DNA of 62,571 nt, filler included, from Choristocarpus tenellus KU-1152 (Eukaryota; Protista; Phaeophyceae): assembly GCA_964200185.2 (NCBI GenBank). It is 15 parts of 15 records of this genome, joined end to end, with 100 filler letters (N's around TTAATTAATTAA, not from the genome) between each part and the next. Parts side by side here need not be neighbours in the genome. Positions count along the whole stretch, not along the records: positions 10,040 to 16,187 come from CAXNAD020008827.1; positions 16,288 to 19,328 come from CAXNAD020022749.1; positions 19,429 to 22,314 come from CAXNAD020023927.1; positions 22,415 to 26,765 come from CAXNAD020014971.1; positions 26,866 to 29,858 come from CAXNAD020023077.1; 10 more parts are not named here. One strand, given 5' to 3'. Positions 13,101-27,662 of this stretch are shown here, one piece after another. How positions within the stretch are numbered: the stretch's first letter is position 1; each line of letters opens with the position of its first letter. The notes below the pieces were generated by a model that was not told the origin of the DNA, ran no database searches, and saw only the letters and a program-made list of their open reading frames with translations. The translations under genes and the position numbers were made by a program.

Positions 13101-15749
13101 ATTGTGCTAAGTATATTTCCATGTTCTGTTGGTAGACACCAGGCTGTGTGTCTGGAATTCCAATTGAAGGAGCAAGAAAACTGATTGACTTGTTTTTAGT
13201 TTTCTAGTTGTAATTTAGCACAATTTGGAGGGACGACTCCAGTGGAGACCCCATAGAGGGCAGAGTAGGAAACCGTAAGTCACTATTTATAACCCTCAAG
13301 ACACTGACCTAACCATAAAGCCTGCGAAATCTTTGACCCTCATTCCAATGAATCACCTTCCTCCTTGAATAAAATCAACCCTTGCCTTGTGAAGAAAAAA
13401 TAGACCTAACCTTGACCCTCCACAGACAGTGGTGGAGGTAACTTCCCTCTGATGGGAGCAAGGACACCTCCATCATGACTAGAAGGCCCCCTCTCTTACC
13501 TTGCCTCTACTGTAGTGTTGTAGTGGCGATGACAACCTTTTTTTTTTAGGTTGTTTTTCAACTGCTTTATATACACAAACACACATAGAAGGAAACATCA
13601 AATCCAATACCATTGAGAAGAATGCCATGTAGAGGATAGTAGGGACGCCTTCCCAAGGTGTAGGTGTGACTTGCCTTTTCGTTTTTCCCTGAAATACTAC
13701 ATAGCCCTTCTAATAGTAAGCCTAACCTAAGTTTCCCCTTCAAAAATGATAAAATGTGAGCACATGGACAGTTATTCACACAACTATGAAAACAATAAAT
13801 GCTACTTCAACTAGTACTGTACTCTGTACCTTGTGGATGAGATTTAGCTATCATACTTCAACCTACAAGAGATATGAAGGTCCTTAGTGTTTTTGCTGAT
13901 AGAGAGGTCTTCAACCCATATTTAAGAACTTTTTCCCTGTGCAACTCAAACCATTTTGAAACTGTTTTTCGTAACTGCCATCCAGATTGAGCGTCTGAAG
14001 CGATGTGAGTACCTTAAAGAGAGTGAGGTGAAGCAGCTGTGTCACAAGGCTAGGGAGATCCTGCTGGATGAGAGCAACGTCCAGAGGGTGGATGCCCCAG
14101 TCACTGTAAGTGGTCAATAAGGAGGTGATGTTTAATGAAGTAGAACCTGTTTTGAGTGGGCTGCCAACTACATCCGGAAAATCATGTATTTCTGCTGTCG
14201 AGTAAATCAGAGGTTGGCGCAGCGGTGTGATGAAATGATTTTTGTCACCATCAGTATAATCAATATGAGATACGAGATATTTTGCCAATGGTTTCTTGCA
14301 AAGTCGTAACATACTGCCAACCATCCCGTAACCCTATTCACAGACCAGTGTCAGGAAGTTAGGGTAAGGACTAGAGTGTTGTGTCAGCAGTTGACATTGT
14401 AGATGGTGGGGGGAGGGGGCGGGGGTTTGGTGTGAGCGGGTGAAGTTGGGGGGGGGGGGGGGGGGGGGGGAGGGTGTGTGTTCACCTTCTCGCTGCTGAG
14501 ATTTTATTTTATTTGTTATTATTGTTGGAATTGGTGGGTTAAGGATGTAGTGATCTATATGTTGTATTGTGAGGGTCTTCAACACCACCATTACTACAAT
14601 CCTTGAACTCCCTCAGTTTATCTGTAGGGACTCTTATTAATTTATTGATTAACTTATTGATTAAATGGTGGCGAATGTATAACTTGTATATTTTTTATGC
14701 GCTCTCCTCCTCTAGTTGTAGGTGGGAAAGGTGCTGTTGATGTGGAGTGAAAAGGTACACTGTAATATCTCTCTTTTTTTAATCATTTTTTAAAAATCTT
14801 GGTTATCATGTAAGAAATGATATGTTCCTTGATTATGCCTCTCTAAGCTCTTGCCACCTTTTCTGACCTTGGGTCCATTTAGATGCGGGGGGTTATGAAA
14901 GTGTGAAATTGATTGCAACAGATGCTAATTGTCATAGTGTAGAAGGAACAAAAAACCCCAACGGAAACTCCCCCTGCATGTAACGTCTTTAGCGTAATTC
15001 CTAGTCGTGCTCCTGCCATTGTTGGGGTCCACCTTGTCAATCACCTTGCACCCCTTCTTCCCCCCGTCGGCCTCCCCATTGGTGGGTGCAGATGGCGTGG
15101 GTGCAGATGGCGTGAAAAGTGCGATGGTTCACCCTATGATGTGTGCCCTATGATGTGTGTATTGTATCATACACGTTGGAAAAATATTTGTTGATAGAAG
15201 CATATTGTGTGAGTTTCGTTTTTTTGCTATTTTCTAATTTATATATTTTGTCCAGTTGTGAGTCCACCTTGCCAGATATCCGTCCTAGTCAAGACGAGCG
15301 ATGAAATACGCAACGATTGAGGATATGCTTTTGATTTCTAGTTGGAAATGCTCTTAGGCACTGTATATTTTTCTACCTCTACCACTGCTACTCTTGAAAC
15401 GCCCTTTATCTGCGCCTTGTAGCAGGATGCATATGGAGCTAGATGAGTCTGTTTTTTGCAAAAAATAAGATTTTTGTTTGTTTGTTTGTTTGGTACAAAA
15501 AACCGTTGAAAAAAAAGATGAAAGATGATTGTTCTCATCTCCTTATTTCTTATTTTTGTCTACAATTTTTTTTTGTATATTGTGTTTGTCTCATAGATAT
15601 GTGGGGATATTCACGGTCAGTTTTATGACCTGGTGGAGCTGTTCAAGGTGGGTGGGGAGTGTCCAGACAAGAACTATTTGTTCTTAGGGGACTTCGTTGA
15701 CAGAGGGTACTACAGTGTGGAGACTTTTCTCCTTCTGCTTGCACTCAAG
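10124..15749 (+). CDS. PPP4C: Ser/Thr protein phosphatase 4 catalytic subunit (PP2A-like PPP family), 5' part. Exons 10124-10153, 13986-14105, 15597-15749; the rest lies beyond the contig end.
   Basis: Phase-0 GT-AG splicing gives [10 protein letters not shown]|[40 protein letters not shown]|[56 protein letters not shown] and GDFVDRG are PPP motifs. ESEVK, VQRVD and [10 protein letters not shown] favour PP4 over PP2A or PP6. Confidence 0.92.
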
Positions 15750-17869
15750 GTTAGTTCATGTGGGGGGGAAACAAGCCCTCTCTATCCCAGTTGATCACTG
15801 TGAAACCCGACAGGGGCATGTTACCTTGTTTCCTGAAGGCAAACATGCACTTGGTGATAGGCCCACTTCTGTGGATACATGTAAGGGCGTAGTTTGAGCC
15901 CTGCAACAGTGTGTGTTTGTGTGGAAAAGAGGAGGAACTGAGTTTTTTTTTGTTGTTCTCCTGTTACCGTTACGGTGCTTGTCGTAAATACTTTTTAGGA
16001 TGCAGTAAAAGGTGTTCTTACAAGGGCTATTGAAATGTGCTATTTATTGCCTGGTTGCTTTTAAAGAGTATGCATAGACAACTCTGTTGTGTGTTTCTGT
16101 GTTATTTTTTATTGAAGACAAGGTCAGGGTTAGGGTGGCAGTAGTCTGTTTGCTTCAGCAAACACAGGTGAGGTGGGGGGGGGGGGANNNNNNNNNNNNN
16201 NNNNNNNNNNNNNNNNNNNNNNNNNNNNNNNTTAATTAATTAANNNNNNNNNNNNNNNNNNNNNNNNNNNNNNNNNNNNNNNNNNNNGAAGAACATTTTT
16301 TTTTTCCCCACTGTGTTGTTCGGAGAGTTTGGCTTCCCCCCCCCCCCGTACCCTAAGTGGTGGTGGCAAGTAGCGTGGTATGCAAGAAGTAGTACTGTGA
16401 TAGAAGCACGTTCAACTACTCCAGAGTACAAGCACGCATAACACACAACACACAACACACACGTCACGCAAGATGCGAAACGCCTCCCTCACTTTACGTG
16501 CACTTTTTGAGTCGTAACGGAAACCCAGAATTGTAACAGGTAGGGCCGCCACGCAGCACTACGGCAGTAAAATGTTAGGGTTAGGGTTAGGGTTAGGGTT
16601 AGGGTTGCGAAACCTTTCTCAACACCTTTCAGGGCGAGAGTACCGTCTGTACCTACCTCCTGGAACGGCGCCTAGAGTCAGTGACAGAGTGTACCTGGAG
16701 CTTGCCAGAGTGACTGGACTGGAGGTGGGAGAAGTGACGTATCGTGCACAGGTGGGTTGTGGAGGAAGTCAAGTCAGGCAGTACAAAACATGCAAGTTGT
16801 TGTTTTGTTTTGTTTTGTTTTATTTTGTTTTATTTTGTTTATGTGTTTGCTCTCTCTCTCTCTCTCCTGTAGATCGTCAGGACTGGCCATGCCTCCTCTG
16901 CCGCTCAAGGATGACCTCCCCAATTCCTGTCTGTTGAGAGTGCAGATTAATTGCAAGGAACGGAGGGAGCACTGCAGTTCAAGCGGCGTATTTGGTTTGC
17001 TCAACAGTGGCTAGGGAGGCACAGCAGGTGCTGGCAAGGGTTTGCTCTGCTCGTCACCGGGTAGAGTAGGTGTTGGGCACCATGCTGAAATCTTGGATGA
17101 GAAAGCAGTTGGGAAATCGAGTATGTGAATATTGCTATGCTCTAGCCCTTTTAGGGCATGTGTCCTGAAATATATGGGAGGGATGTTTCGGGGCAGAGCG
17201 TTGCTGCTGTGTTTTGGGGTTTCAGCAAGAATTGTTCTACCCCTCACTTGAAGTCCAAGTTGTACTGGTAGGGGTACATTATTTTTCAAGTACTGTGTTT
17301 AGTGTTGTTCCAACTGTCAAATGTGTGCCTTCTGAGAACCGCACTGACTTTCCTATGATAGGAGAGAGTTGGTTCAAAAACAAGCACCCCCACTGGGGTA
17401 GGGAAGTGTATTGCAACTTGTAGTGCTGAACGTCTAAGACCCAACCACACAATTTATCTTAGGTGACTCTGAGTCTCTCCTGCATGTTTGTGCGCCTGTT
17501 GCCCCCATCATGTTTCCATCATTTCCACATGCCCAGGATTCAACTTTGAGGCCAGACTAGTCTGGGCAGACACTCGCCTTTGTGAAGCTCAAAACGCCTT
17601 GGCCCGGTTCGATCATGTCCTTACTGAAGACAGCTTCAGTGAGTCCTGCACCAAGCCTGGCAGGCCTGCCAGTCCCTCGGAATTCCACTCACCTCTCACT
17701 ACAACTGGAGGTTTTGCCAAACAACCCTGCCACCCCCCAACTAGCACCAGTGACTTCTGTGAAACCAGTCAGCTTGGGTACCGTGAGAACAGAGACAACA
17801 TGCACCTCAAGTTTGATATATAGTTGCAAGCACCTCAATGGAAAAGACATCCGTCGAATGGGGTCGGTC

Positions 17870-18065
17870 GAGCTTGTTTACACCACTGGTGGGAAATTGA
17901 AGGGTTCAGATGGATCTAAAGGAGTGGTGGGCTGGCGGGGGAGTGAGCTTGTTTACACTATTGATGGGAAATTGAAAGGTTCAGATGGATCTAAAGGAGT
18001 GGTGGGGCTGGCGGGGGGGGGGAGTGAGCTTGTTTACACTATTGGTGGGAAATTGAAAGGTTCAA
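17870..18065. repeat. Tandem repeat, about 75-80 bp unit, 2.5 copies
   Basis: GAGCTTGTTTACAC...GGGAAATTGAA.GGTTCA recurs at about 17870, 17946 and 18026. Confidence 0.9.
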
Positions 18066-20992
18066 CTTCATTTAAACGAGTCATTTGCTGTGTCCTCCGC
18101 CTTGGAAGATGAGGCAGGAGAGTCCAGCAGCAATGGAGAGAATGCCTATGACGTTGGGAGGGGGAGCGGGTGGACGTGTAGAGATCGCACGTTCATCAAT
18201 CAGAGGCCTCATGCTCCAGTGTGTGAGGTCTGCTCATGACACGAAGAAGAGTGGAGATAATTGAAGTGTAAGGTTTAAGATGTTCTAGTCCCATAAGACA
18301 CTAAAGTGAGAGCTATGCAAGTTTTTTTGGTGCGATGGATCATGGCACATCTTTGTGTACTCCTATGATTAAGGAACCGTTCCTGAGTGGAGGATGCCCT
18401 CACCGGTGCGCTTTTTTTATTCTCTTTACTGTATGCGCACAGTATGGTAATCCTTTTTTTTTTAGTTGAATCAGATTTTTAAGTGCGTATGCATGTTGTT
18501 TTTTTTCAATAGGCAGGTATGATAGCTCCTTTTTTTTCATAATTGAATCAGATTTTTATGTATTCATAGGTGTGTTTGGTTCAATGACCCTATGTTCTCA
18601 AAGCGGAATCCAACTAATGGAACAAGAATTCATCCCACCTTGGATGGCGTTACACCCGTCCATTCTTCATTAAACTTTAGATACCTATAACAAAGCAAGG
18701 GACCCCCAACTCTAGAGTTGCAGGTCCCAATCTTCAAACAATGCATACTGCAGAATGTGAAGGGGATGGAGTATATTGTAAAAACATTATTGGCAATGGT
18801 GCACGTGGCAAATTGCTGAGATATGTTGCCATATCTCAGCAGCCAATAATGCTGTTGACAAGGTGGGCATGGTGCTGAGTAATACAGAAACAGCTCAACC
18901 AATCATAATTTGAAAGATTTGAAAATGAAGAGGTGGTCCCAAGGAGCAGCAGACAGCGATTTTGAACAGACTGAGTCGTACATACATAGAAAGAGCGGTT
19001 GTTTCGTCCCTATGTCGTATCGGAATCTGAGCCTTTTATTTTAACGTAGTAACCTTGCGCTTTTGGGGTTGATGGTGTGTGGAGACGCAGGGGACGCAGA
19101 AGAAAAATTGCTGTTGGTTGAGGTTGCTGTAATACTACCGCATCAGTATGCGTTTGGTGAGAATTGAGATACCCCAGGTTTGTACTTACAGTGGTCGTTA
19201 TAGCTGAGGTAAGGAGAGTTGGGGTATACGTATTTGGGTGATAAATAACCCTTCTTGTGTAATTAACAGCCTCTCAGCGAAATTGAGGATGGAGCATACT
19301 ATGGAGGATGGGTTTGACCCGTACTTGGNNNNNNNNNNNNNNNNNNNNNNNNNNNNNNNNNNNNNNNNNNNNTTAATTAATTAANNNNNNNNNNNNNNNN
19401 NNNNNNNNNNNNNNNNNNNNNNNNNNNNAAATGGACACCCTGGTGTAGACCCCCCCCCCTCCCCCAGATACTTTGGGTCTTTTATGTGTGTGTGTGTTTG
19501 ACCTGTGAGTATAGGGCACCCTAAACGAGAATGGCGTTCCATATTGCTGGGTACGCCGGGAAGATATGGCTGTTTCTTCGAACAGTGTATTACATGACTG
19601 TGATCTACTCAACCTCTTCACTTTTCACAATGTTACTCAGAGTTATTGTCTGGGCATACTTACCTTTGCTTGAACTCAATGTAACACAAGGGGCAGACGA
19701 GTATCCCTTGGGGAAGTTTGACTTGGTTTGCACTTTGTACCCTTGACAACAGATGTTCATTATAATAGCAGCCTCGTGCTATTTGCCCCTCCCTCAAATT
19801 CGCACTCTTTGTTTCTTTGTGAGATGAGGTCCGTTGTGTACCAGAAAAAGGGGTTGTTGGCAATCGTCCCGACAAAGACTACTTTAATCTATTTCCTACC
19901 ACTCACTAGTGGACATCGAGGGTGTTGTCCATGATCTATATGGACACATGGGGGTAAGAACTTTCCTTCATCAGACATTCTGACGCATGCAAAATGTTAG
20001 TGGTTGGAGCTCCAGGATCCAAGGGAGTAATGTGGGAGTGTGACCTATGCTCTTCGTGTGTTGCTGTGTCGTATCCGTGCTTCAGACTAATGTGCAATTA
20101 GAATGTTCCATTTTTCCTGGATGTTCCTTACAACCGCAGGCTCTTATGTGCTTACTCCTAGCACTTTGCATTGCAGGTGATTTCTTAACGGTTTTGTCAG
20201 GAGAATTATAACAGATGAACATGTTGTGACAGTGCTGCCCAGTGATGATAAACTGTTTAGTAATCCTGTGTCTCACCTGCAACACCTACGATGTGCTACT
20301 GCCATCTTCCTATAGCCAAGATGGGGTACTGCGGGGTGCAATACTGTGAGTGGCTAACAGGGGAGGGCTTTGCAGCGAAAGAGTATGTGTAGCTTCGACA
20401 GTTTGCACCCACTGCGCTCCAGCAACCCATATCGAGGAAAGAAAGAGTTGGGGAGTTGTACTGGGCAAACCTGGGAGCTGTATCAGGAGAAAAAAAGGAG
20501 AATGAGAACACTCACCAATAAGCAGCCACAATGTTCAAGCAGACGAGGAGAGAAGTCACAGGGGAGGGCTATTTGATCTGTACCTGGTGGAAAAGAGGAG
20601 GAGAAGCTCCATCAACCAGCAACAACGGTGCTTCAGCTGCACTAGGGGGAAGTGCGCAGGAGGGTGGTGTGTCTGGGAAAAGGGGGCTGGGCTGTATCGG
20701 GGGATGGTCAGCACCTGCCCGTGCAAACGTCTATGATCAAGCTGGTGCATATGTATAGCTGTAATGTCTGTGTGTTAACTTGAACCTAAGGCATGACAGG
20801 TCAGGACGCCGCTAAAAGCACAAAATCTGATCAAGTTTTGGGACAACCATACTCTCAATGATGCCTGACATTAAGTTGTTGGACTACAGGTAGAAGATGG
20901 GGTTAGAGTTTAAATGGAAGGGGGAAGTGTTGCCGAGAGTGGAATATCGACCAGTCTGCGTGTTCCGATAGGTACTAATATTTTTTGTATAA

Positions 20993-21324
20993 TACGCCAA
21001 ATTATCTCGGTAACTACGCAAGTGGCACTGTCCAGACGTGTCATGCGTTTTACGCTGGAATCATCAGGGAGATGGGCAGGGAGGGGTTTATTGGATTCTT
21101 GGGATGCCTCCCTAGCTCCTCCCCTCGGGGCACAGGTATAGGTAGATTGGAGACACAGGAAGGCAGTAGTAAAACGTAGACAGTGGTGAAGTAACAAATG
21201 GATTAGTGTCTTTCACATTTATTACATTTTATTTCTTGAGGGCTTCTACTTGCAATATATATAGTTTTCATTGGTTTCCGCCCTGACACATCTGCAAAAT
21301 GTCAGAGGGCATAATAATAAAAAT
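20993..21324 (+). mobile_element. 5'-truncated copy of the CRE-like element
   Basis: Matches 38073-38395. Confidence 0.85.
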
Positions 21325-22072
21325 AGTATGTACTCCATATACAGTTCTCGATATATCGTTTACAATCGCTAAGCAGAGAGGGGAAATCTTTTATTCCCTC
21401 AAGAACTATCTGTGAGTGAGGAAAGGCCGTTGTAGGGCCTTGATTGCGCGACACTCTCCCCTCCAGTCGCATCCCAAGAACTCCGTGTGTAGAAGAATTG
21501 TACTTATCAAAATCATGATAAAATTCCCACTTTGCTGATCTTTTTTTATCAACACCTTACCCAAGAAATATTCTTCAGTCTTCCTCCAGTAAAACTGACC
21601 CTAACCCTAAGTAACATAGCCAAACCAATTGAGAGGAGGCAGGTTTGGACCCTTTTGCATTCTAAGTAATCTTTCTTACCATGTGCAATACACTCTATTT
21701 CATTGCTTTGTGCGTACAATAGTGTACGCAAAATTGATATCCCTCTTTTTCACACACAAGGTGACACCACAATTCAGAAAATGTCTTTCTTCAACCGTAC
21801 AAAATGACATCCTTTCCCCTTTCTCGGGATCCTTAAAATGCAATGCTGTCTACCTTTCATTTTCTTAAATTCAACATTCCAACTAGAAAGTACATGAGAC
21901 TGTGCTTCTGGTCATGGAGAAAGGACACAAAAAATAGTATTGTACTAAAATTTGTGCCTTGAGTGGTAACCAGGGGCTCAAAGTATCTGGGGGGGTGGGG
22001 CGGTGGCTGTCCATTTGGGGTCCATTTTTCCATGACACGATTTTTGTGTGATTTGATTGCATGCGTCGGATG

Positions 22073-22314
22073 GAGTGAAAGTATCTTAGAGGGTACGAAT
22101 TTTGCCCTGTTTGTTCATTTGGGGCTTGGCTTCCCACGGGTTTTTTAAAGACATTTTCCTACTCCGAAATGTTTCGAAGTAGGTAAAATGTGTGTGTTAT
22201 GAAAGAGTGTGTTCAGAACAAGGATATTGACACTTCCTAACAAACACAATAGCCAAAAATACATCAAAATCGTAACATTGGATTTTGGCCCCCAAACGAA
22301 CGCGGCTCTACCCT
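22073..22314 (+). mobile_element. MITE family A copy inserted in a family B copy; truncated by spacer
   Basis: The family A terminus directly follows the family B half at 21975-22072. Confidence 0.88.
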
Positions 22315-22419
22315 NNNNNNNNNNNNNNNNNNNNNNNNNNNNNNNNNNNNNNNNNNNNTTAATTAATTAANNNNNNNNNNNNNNNNNNNNNNNNNNNNNN
22401 NNNNNNNNNNNNNNAGCCA

Positions 22420-22725
22420 CCTTTATTCTGCAACTTCTTTGACACTTTGACGTTTTCTTCTGTAATGTTACGTATGCATTACGAATCTTACTCTGTATCT
22501 TCTACGAAATCAGCATTTACTCTGTAAGGCTATCTATGTGTTACTAATCCTGTATATTGTTCGCACTTGTTAGAACGTGAGAAACAATGCTCGCACTATT
22601 CGCCTGCCACGAATATTATTTATTGCTAAAACATGAGAAGAAATGCTCGCGCTATTCGCGTGTAACAAATGCTCGCATTTGTAAGAACACAAGAAGAATT
22701 GCTCGCGCTAATCGCCTGTAACAGT
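22420..22725 (+). repeat. Dispersed repeat (second copy about 36306-36485) with internal TGCTCGC.CTATTCGC.TG repeats
   Basis: CTTTATTCTGCAACTT...GACGT...TTCTGTAA.GTTA...CGAATCTTAC is shared by both loci. Confidence 0.7.
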
Positions 22726-24050
22726 TATACCACTCCTTGCATTGGTCAGCGAGAGAACTGTCTATTTGTGTTGAGTGATCCGTATATGCATAGTTTTGGT
22801 CTGTCTTAACTACTACTACTCCTAATAGTACAATGTAGTGTGTATTAATGTGCTAATGGTACGTTGGGGGCAGAAAGGTAAGCAAACCTAAGGTCACACA
22901 GGAAAGGGGTGACAAATGGAGTGAATGAGCAGGGCTTGCAAGCTTTCAACTCAACATCTTGATATTGATATCACTAGGAAGAAGTGGTGATGTCATACAA
23001 GGAAACCAACTCCAAGATATACCATGCAAAGAAAGGGTACTTCAAAGATATACTTTGGCTTGAAGGTGCTTATCAAATTGAGTGACAAGCAATATGGCAT
23101 GCAGGTATGCAGGGTATGCCTGCGTAGAAATTAACTCTCTGCCAAATTTTCTTGTTGCGAAAAGAAGTCATATTATGTTTTTCTATCGACTACACCAGAG
23201 ACCTGTGGTCAGAGCCGCCACATTCTATACACTGGGAACGAACAGGTAGGCATACGGCCCCAACGTTTGCAATTCTTGGTCATATCAGAAAAAAAGAAGG
23301 TGAACGCTTAGGTCAAGGTTATCTGATGATATTTGGATTTCGGTGTGTAATACATGATGTAAACCTAGTACAGGTGTTTTTTTAAACATTGTTGAGATGA
23401 GGTGGAAATAACATGTTGGGAAGAACAGCCGTGGTAAAAGGTTCGACATTAAGCACATGCTGGGAGAGAGAGAGTATGTTAAGACGTTTGTGATGGTGTA
23501 GGTGGTGCTGTTGGGAGTTGTAGAGGACTCGAGAAATACATTTTATTTCGAAGTACCTACTAAGTATTTTTAGGCATTTGACATATAAGTATGAACAGCA
23601 AAAAAGAGAGGACAGATATTTGGTGCATTCTGCTCCTAGCAGACACTATATAACATGCATCCCTGCATGTTACTGTATGGGACTGGCCTTCCAGGTCTTG
23701 TTTTTCCTTCATGTTTGGGTCAATGAAGAGGTAAAAAAATTAAATGTTTTGTGCTCACACAGAGGCTCGTGGTTTCATTTAATCTCTATACGGGCTGCCA
23801 TGTCTTCATCCACCTTTTCGTCCACATCATCCTCCTCCTGCTCTTCATCATATAGTTATTGCGACATATCCTCCCGCCCCTCTCCACCCCACTACGTGAG
23901 TGGGTAGCTCATGTAAAATAAATTATGTTATCCTATCAAGACACCCAAATCTTTTCACCCATTAGAAGAAGGGTGATGTGGAAATGAGGGTTGTCTTTCA
24001 TCATGCTGTGAATGCCTATGCTGTATACCGTCATACTGTTGTTTGAGATT

Positions 24051-24309
24051 GAATGAAAGTATCTTAGACGATATTTGTTTTGCCCTGTTTGTCCATTTGG
24101 GGTTTGGCTTCCCGTGGATTTATTAATGATATTTTCCCACTCCAAAATGTTTCGGAGTAGGTCAAATGTATACGTTATGAAAAGGTGTGTCCAGGGCAAG
24201 GATACTGACACTTCCTAACAAACACGACAGCAAAAATTAAATCAAAACCGCAACATAGCATTTTGACCCCCAAATGGACGCGGTTCTACCCTCCAAGATA
24301 CTTTGGCTC
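24051..24309 (+). mobile_element. MITE family A copy
   Basis: Both TIRs present and internal similarity to the other copies. Confidence 0.9.
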
Positions 24310-24341
24310 ATTTCTTGTCAGGAATATTACGCCTAGATTAT

Positions 24342-24815
24342 TAATATTATTATGCTCTCTGACATTTTGAAGATGTGTCGGGGGAAAAAACAATGAAAAC
24401 TATTAACATGTTAGAATTAACCCCAAAAAAGTAACAGTTGTCGTAAATTTGAAAGACATCCAATTAATATTTTACTACCAGATATGCTGCACCACTGACT
24501 TTCTGTGCCTCCAACCTACCTTAGTCCTGTATCCCAGGGTGAGGAGGTAGAGAAGCATCCCAAGAATCTAACAAGCCACTTCCTTGCCTATCTCTCCCTG
24601 GTGTCTCCAGTTCAAAAACGCATGACATGTCTAGCTAGGGCTACTTGCGTTGTCATAGAGACTATTTGTCTAGATGGGATTTGACAGCCCCTTTTCTGCT
24701 TGTAGGCCCATGTCCCTCTCCCCCCTACCGCGCCTGTAGCTCGCTCATCCAGAAAACTTTCCGCTTTCTTACCGAGGGACCCAAAACTTTTCACCAGGAA
24801 ATTGTTGAGGCTACC
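24342..24815 (-). mobile_element. 5'-truncated, more diverged copy of the CRE-like element
   Basis: Reverse complement matches 37935-38395 (ORF fragment RQIVSMTTQVALARHVMRF). Confidence 0.8.
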
Positions 24816-27534
24816 TAGATTATAGTGGAGGATCTTCTTAGAGACAGAATATTTGGATCCTTTTCAAGACACCACAAGTACACTCTCTTCATTCGCACAT
24901 ACCAAAATCCAAGGGATTATCTTTGACGTCACCTCCTGTCACTCTAATGATCCACTCTAGGCAGGTCCTCACTTTCTCCGCTCTCTACTCTTATCCTTGT
25001 CCAACCATACCTCCTCATCTCCGTTATGGTTAGTCTTGGTCGTTCTGGTCTGGAGATGCTCTACATCGCTGAACCAGACAATGACGAGGATTTTGACAAT
25101 CAAAATTTGTTGAATGGAGGAGGAAATGTGATCCCACCAAAAATATCATAGAGTATTTTATTGTTCAAGTAACTATTTTTCACGGAAGTACAAGTACATA
25201 TCACTAATATTAATATTTTCACACCTACTATGACAGAGAAATTTACCATGGTCAAGGAATTTGCCTTTAAACTATATTGACCTTCCTCTCTATTATTATA
25301 TAATGTATCTTTGTATTTGCGATATTCATCTCAAAACATCAATATCAATACTGTATTGAAACTTGGTTGCAAAATTCTAATCTGCGTATGATGATCATCC
25401 CATCAACAAACGTCAACAAGATTATCATTTATGTCTTAAGGACATTCCAGGACCGTTCTCTGTGTGGATTAACTTGAAGAGCTAATGTCCTCGAGTCATT
25501 GAAGGGGGTTGTATTACAACTCACATATCTACTGTCTACAGCATGGATTCCAACTGAGTACTGGTTGAGTCAGACTTCCCTCAACGTCCACTTCTTTGCA
25601 GCAGGCAAAAAGACGGACCTCGAGTTATTGAAAGACGGAGGTCAATGACCAATCCTCCTCCAGACCGGGCACTTTCGTCCCACGATAGTGAGAGGGAAGA
25701 CGAGATCGTCTCGCCGCATGCGGATATCATCAGGCATGCTCCGGCTTATCCTCACCACCAGCTACATCCTTTTAACTCTACTCAAGTTGCAACCCGTCGA
25801 TGTGAGGCTGTGAAGGGATCAAGAAAATTTATCGATGTCTGTAAACTATGTCTCCGATGAGTACTTGGAGGTTTGCCAAAGGAGTACATAAGGAACATCA
25901 GTCAGGATTCTGACCTCACAAACACACCCTTTGTCACCAACCTTGTTCCATTCTCTTTCTTGCATGCGTAGAGCAATATTTTACGAATGCAGTAGTACGA
26001 TGAGCCTCTCTCCAGGAAGTTCAATGAGAAAATCACAATGTTGCCATTCCGTTTCCATTCTTGTATGGCGCATTTATTGATGGTTGCAAATGTGATGCAA
26101 CTACTAGACGAGGCAGGAGTCTCGAAGAGGTCAATTACCTTGTCTTGTGTTACCGCAGTAGAGAACCTTCACCTTTCTGCGGTTATTTTTTGCTATAAAA
26201 TAGAATGGCATGTTTGTGAACAAACACAAATGCATTATTTTTCAGGCTACTTGTTCCATCAATCGAAGTGCTCGTGATCAGCGAAGAGAATAAATTTTGT
26301 AGCTCAAAGAATGTACAGTGGTATAAATGCCGTGGCTTCTATTCCTACTTCTCTAACAACTTCCACAGATCAATGTGCTGTGTTGTGAGGAAAATTGAGG
26401 TGTTGACCTATTGAAGTCGGTTAGATCAGTATCCAATGGTGACTGCAATTTTCAAATGCTCAGCATATAAACTGGTGTTTTTCGTTCTCCTTTCTTGACC
26501 CTCTATAACGAGCCTCTTTGATCTTGAAGTCAATGCTGTGAGTTATTTCTAGGTACCCGGGGTTGATTACTCTCTCCTCCCCACTTTTACTCCCTTCGGA
26601 CTTCTTCATGCCACCAAAATTAAATTTTATGAGTTTATTTCTTACTCTTCATGGATCACTTCAACACCCACTGGAAAAAGTTGATCTGAACCTGATTCCA
26701 TCTCTAACCTACTCCTTCATTTTTGCTACAACTTTAACCCATGGGTCAAAGTATCTTGGGGGGGGNNNNNNNNNNNNNNNNNNNNNNNNNNNNNNNNNNN
26801 NNNNNNNNNTTAATTAATTAANNNNNNNNNNNNNNNNNNNNNNNNNNNNNNNNNNNNNNNNNNNNCTGGCGTGCCACTGGTGTGGTTTAAATGAAAGCCC
26901 CTCTTGACGTTTCTGCTGGGACAAGTAGTATGAGACACACAGCAGTGCAGTCCACAGCTGTATAGGACATCTTGACTGAGCCGAGATATGAGGGAGGGTA
27001 CATTCATTTGCCAGATGTTAAAATAAATAAAGTTATCCTTACCGATGCTCTCTTTCAAATGCGTTCATACTAAAAAAAATCTTACAATAGAAAAAAATAA
27101 TAAAAAATGGTCCAAACATACATCCTTCTCAGGTGTACCTTGACTTACGATATTATAAATATTTTAATTATTACGATCTTTGTATAATATTACTACTATC
27201 AAACACTAGCATTCAAAATCAAGCTAGATCAATTAAAAAGCAAATGCCTTACCATCCCTCACCAGACACAACTAACCCTAACCCTAACCCTAACCCTTGT
27301 AGGAGATGAAACAAAAAATAAATGTTCACAAAAAATAAAAAATAACTATTGCTCTGCTCCTCTTGCCGTAGACCTACTCTCAAACAACAGTAGAACGTCC
27401 AAATTAAAAATACTACTATTATTTCTTGAATTTAATTTAAAAAAAAAACTGCATTGACTGGAAAAACTGTATACATAAAAAGTATCAAAACCGGCGCAGC
27501 ATACTTCTATACCTTCTACATAAAAATAAAATTT

Positions 27535-27662
27535 ATAGTATACATAAAATTTACCCGTGTACACATGGTATAGTATACATGGCATAGTATACATAGTATA
27601 GTACACATGGTATAATATACATAGTATAGTATACATGGCATAGTATACATAGTATAGTATAC
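27535..27662. repeat. Minisatellite of about 14-bp CAT(A/G)G(T/C)ATAGT(A)TA units
   Basis: About nine imperfect units. Confidence 0.9.

Noticed and set aside
25560-26520. Possible Ulp1-like protease remnant (HHWILI) on the minus strand
   Set aside because: Too many stops and no catalytic Q-x-x-x-x-D-C-G motif seen.
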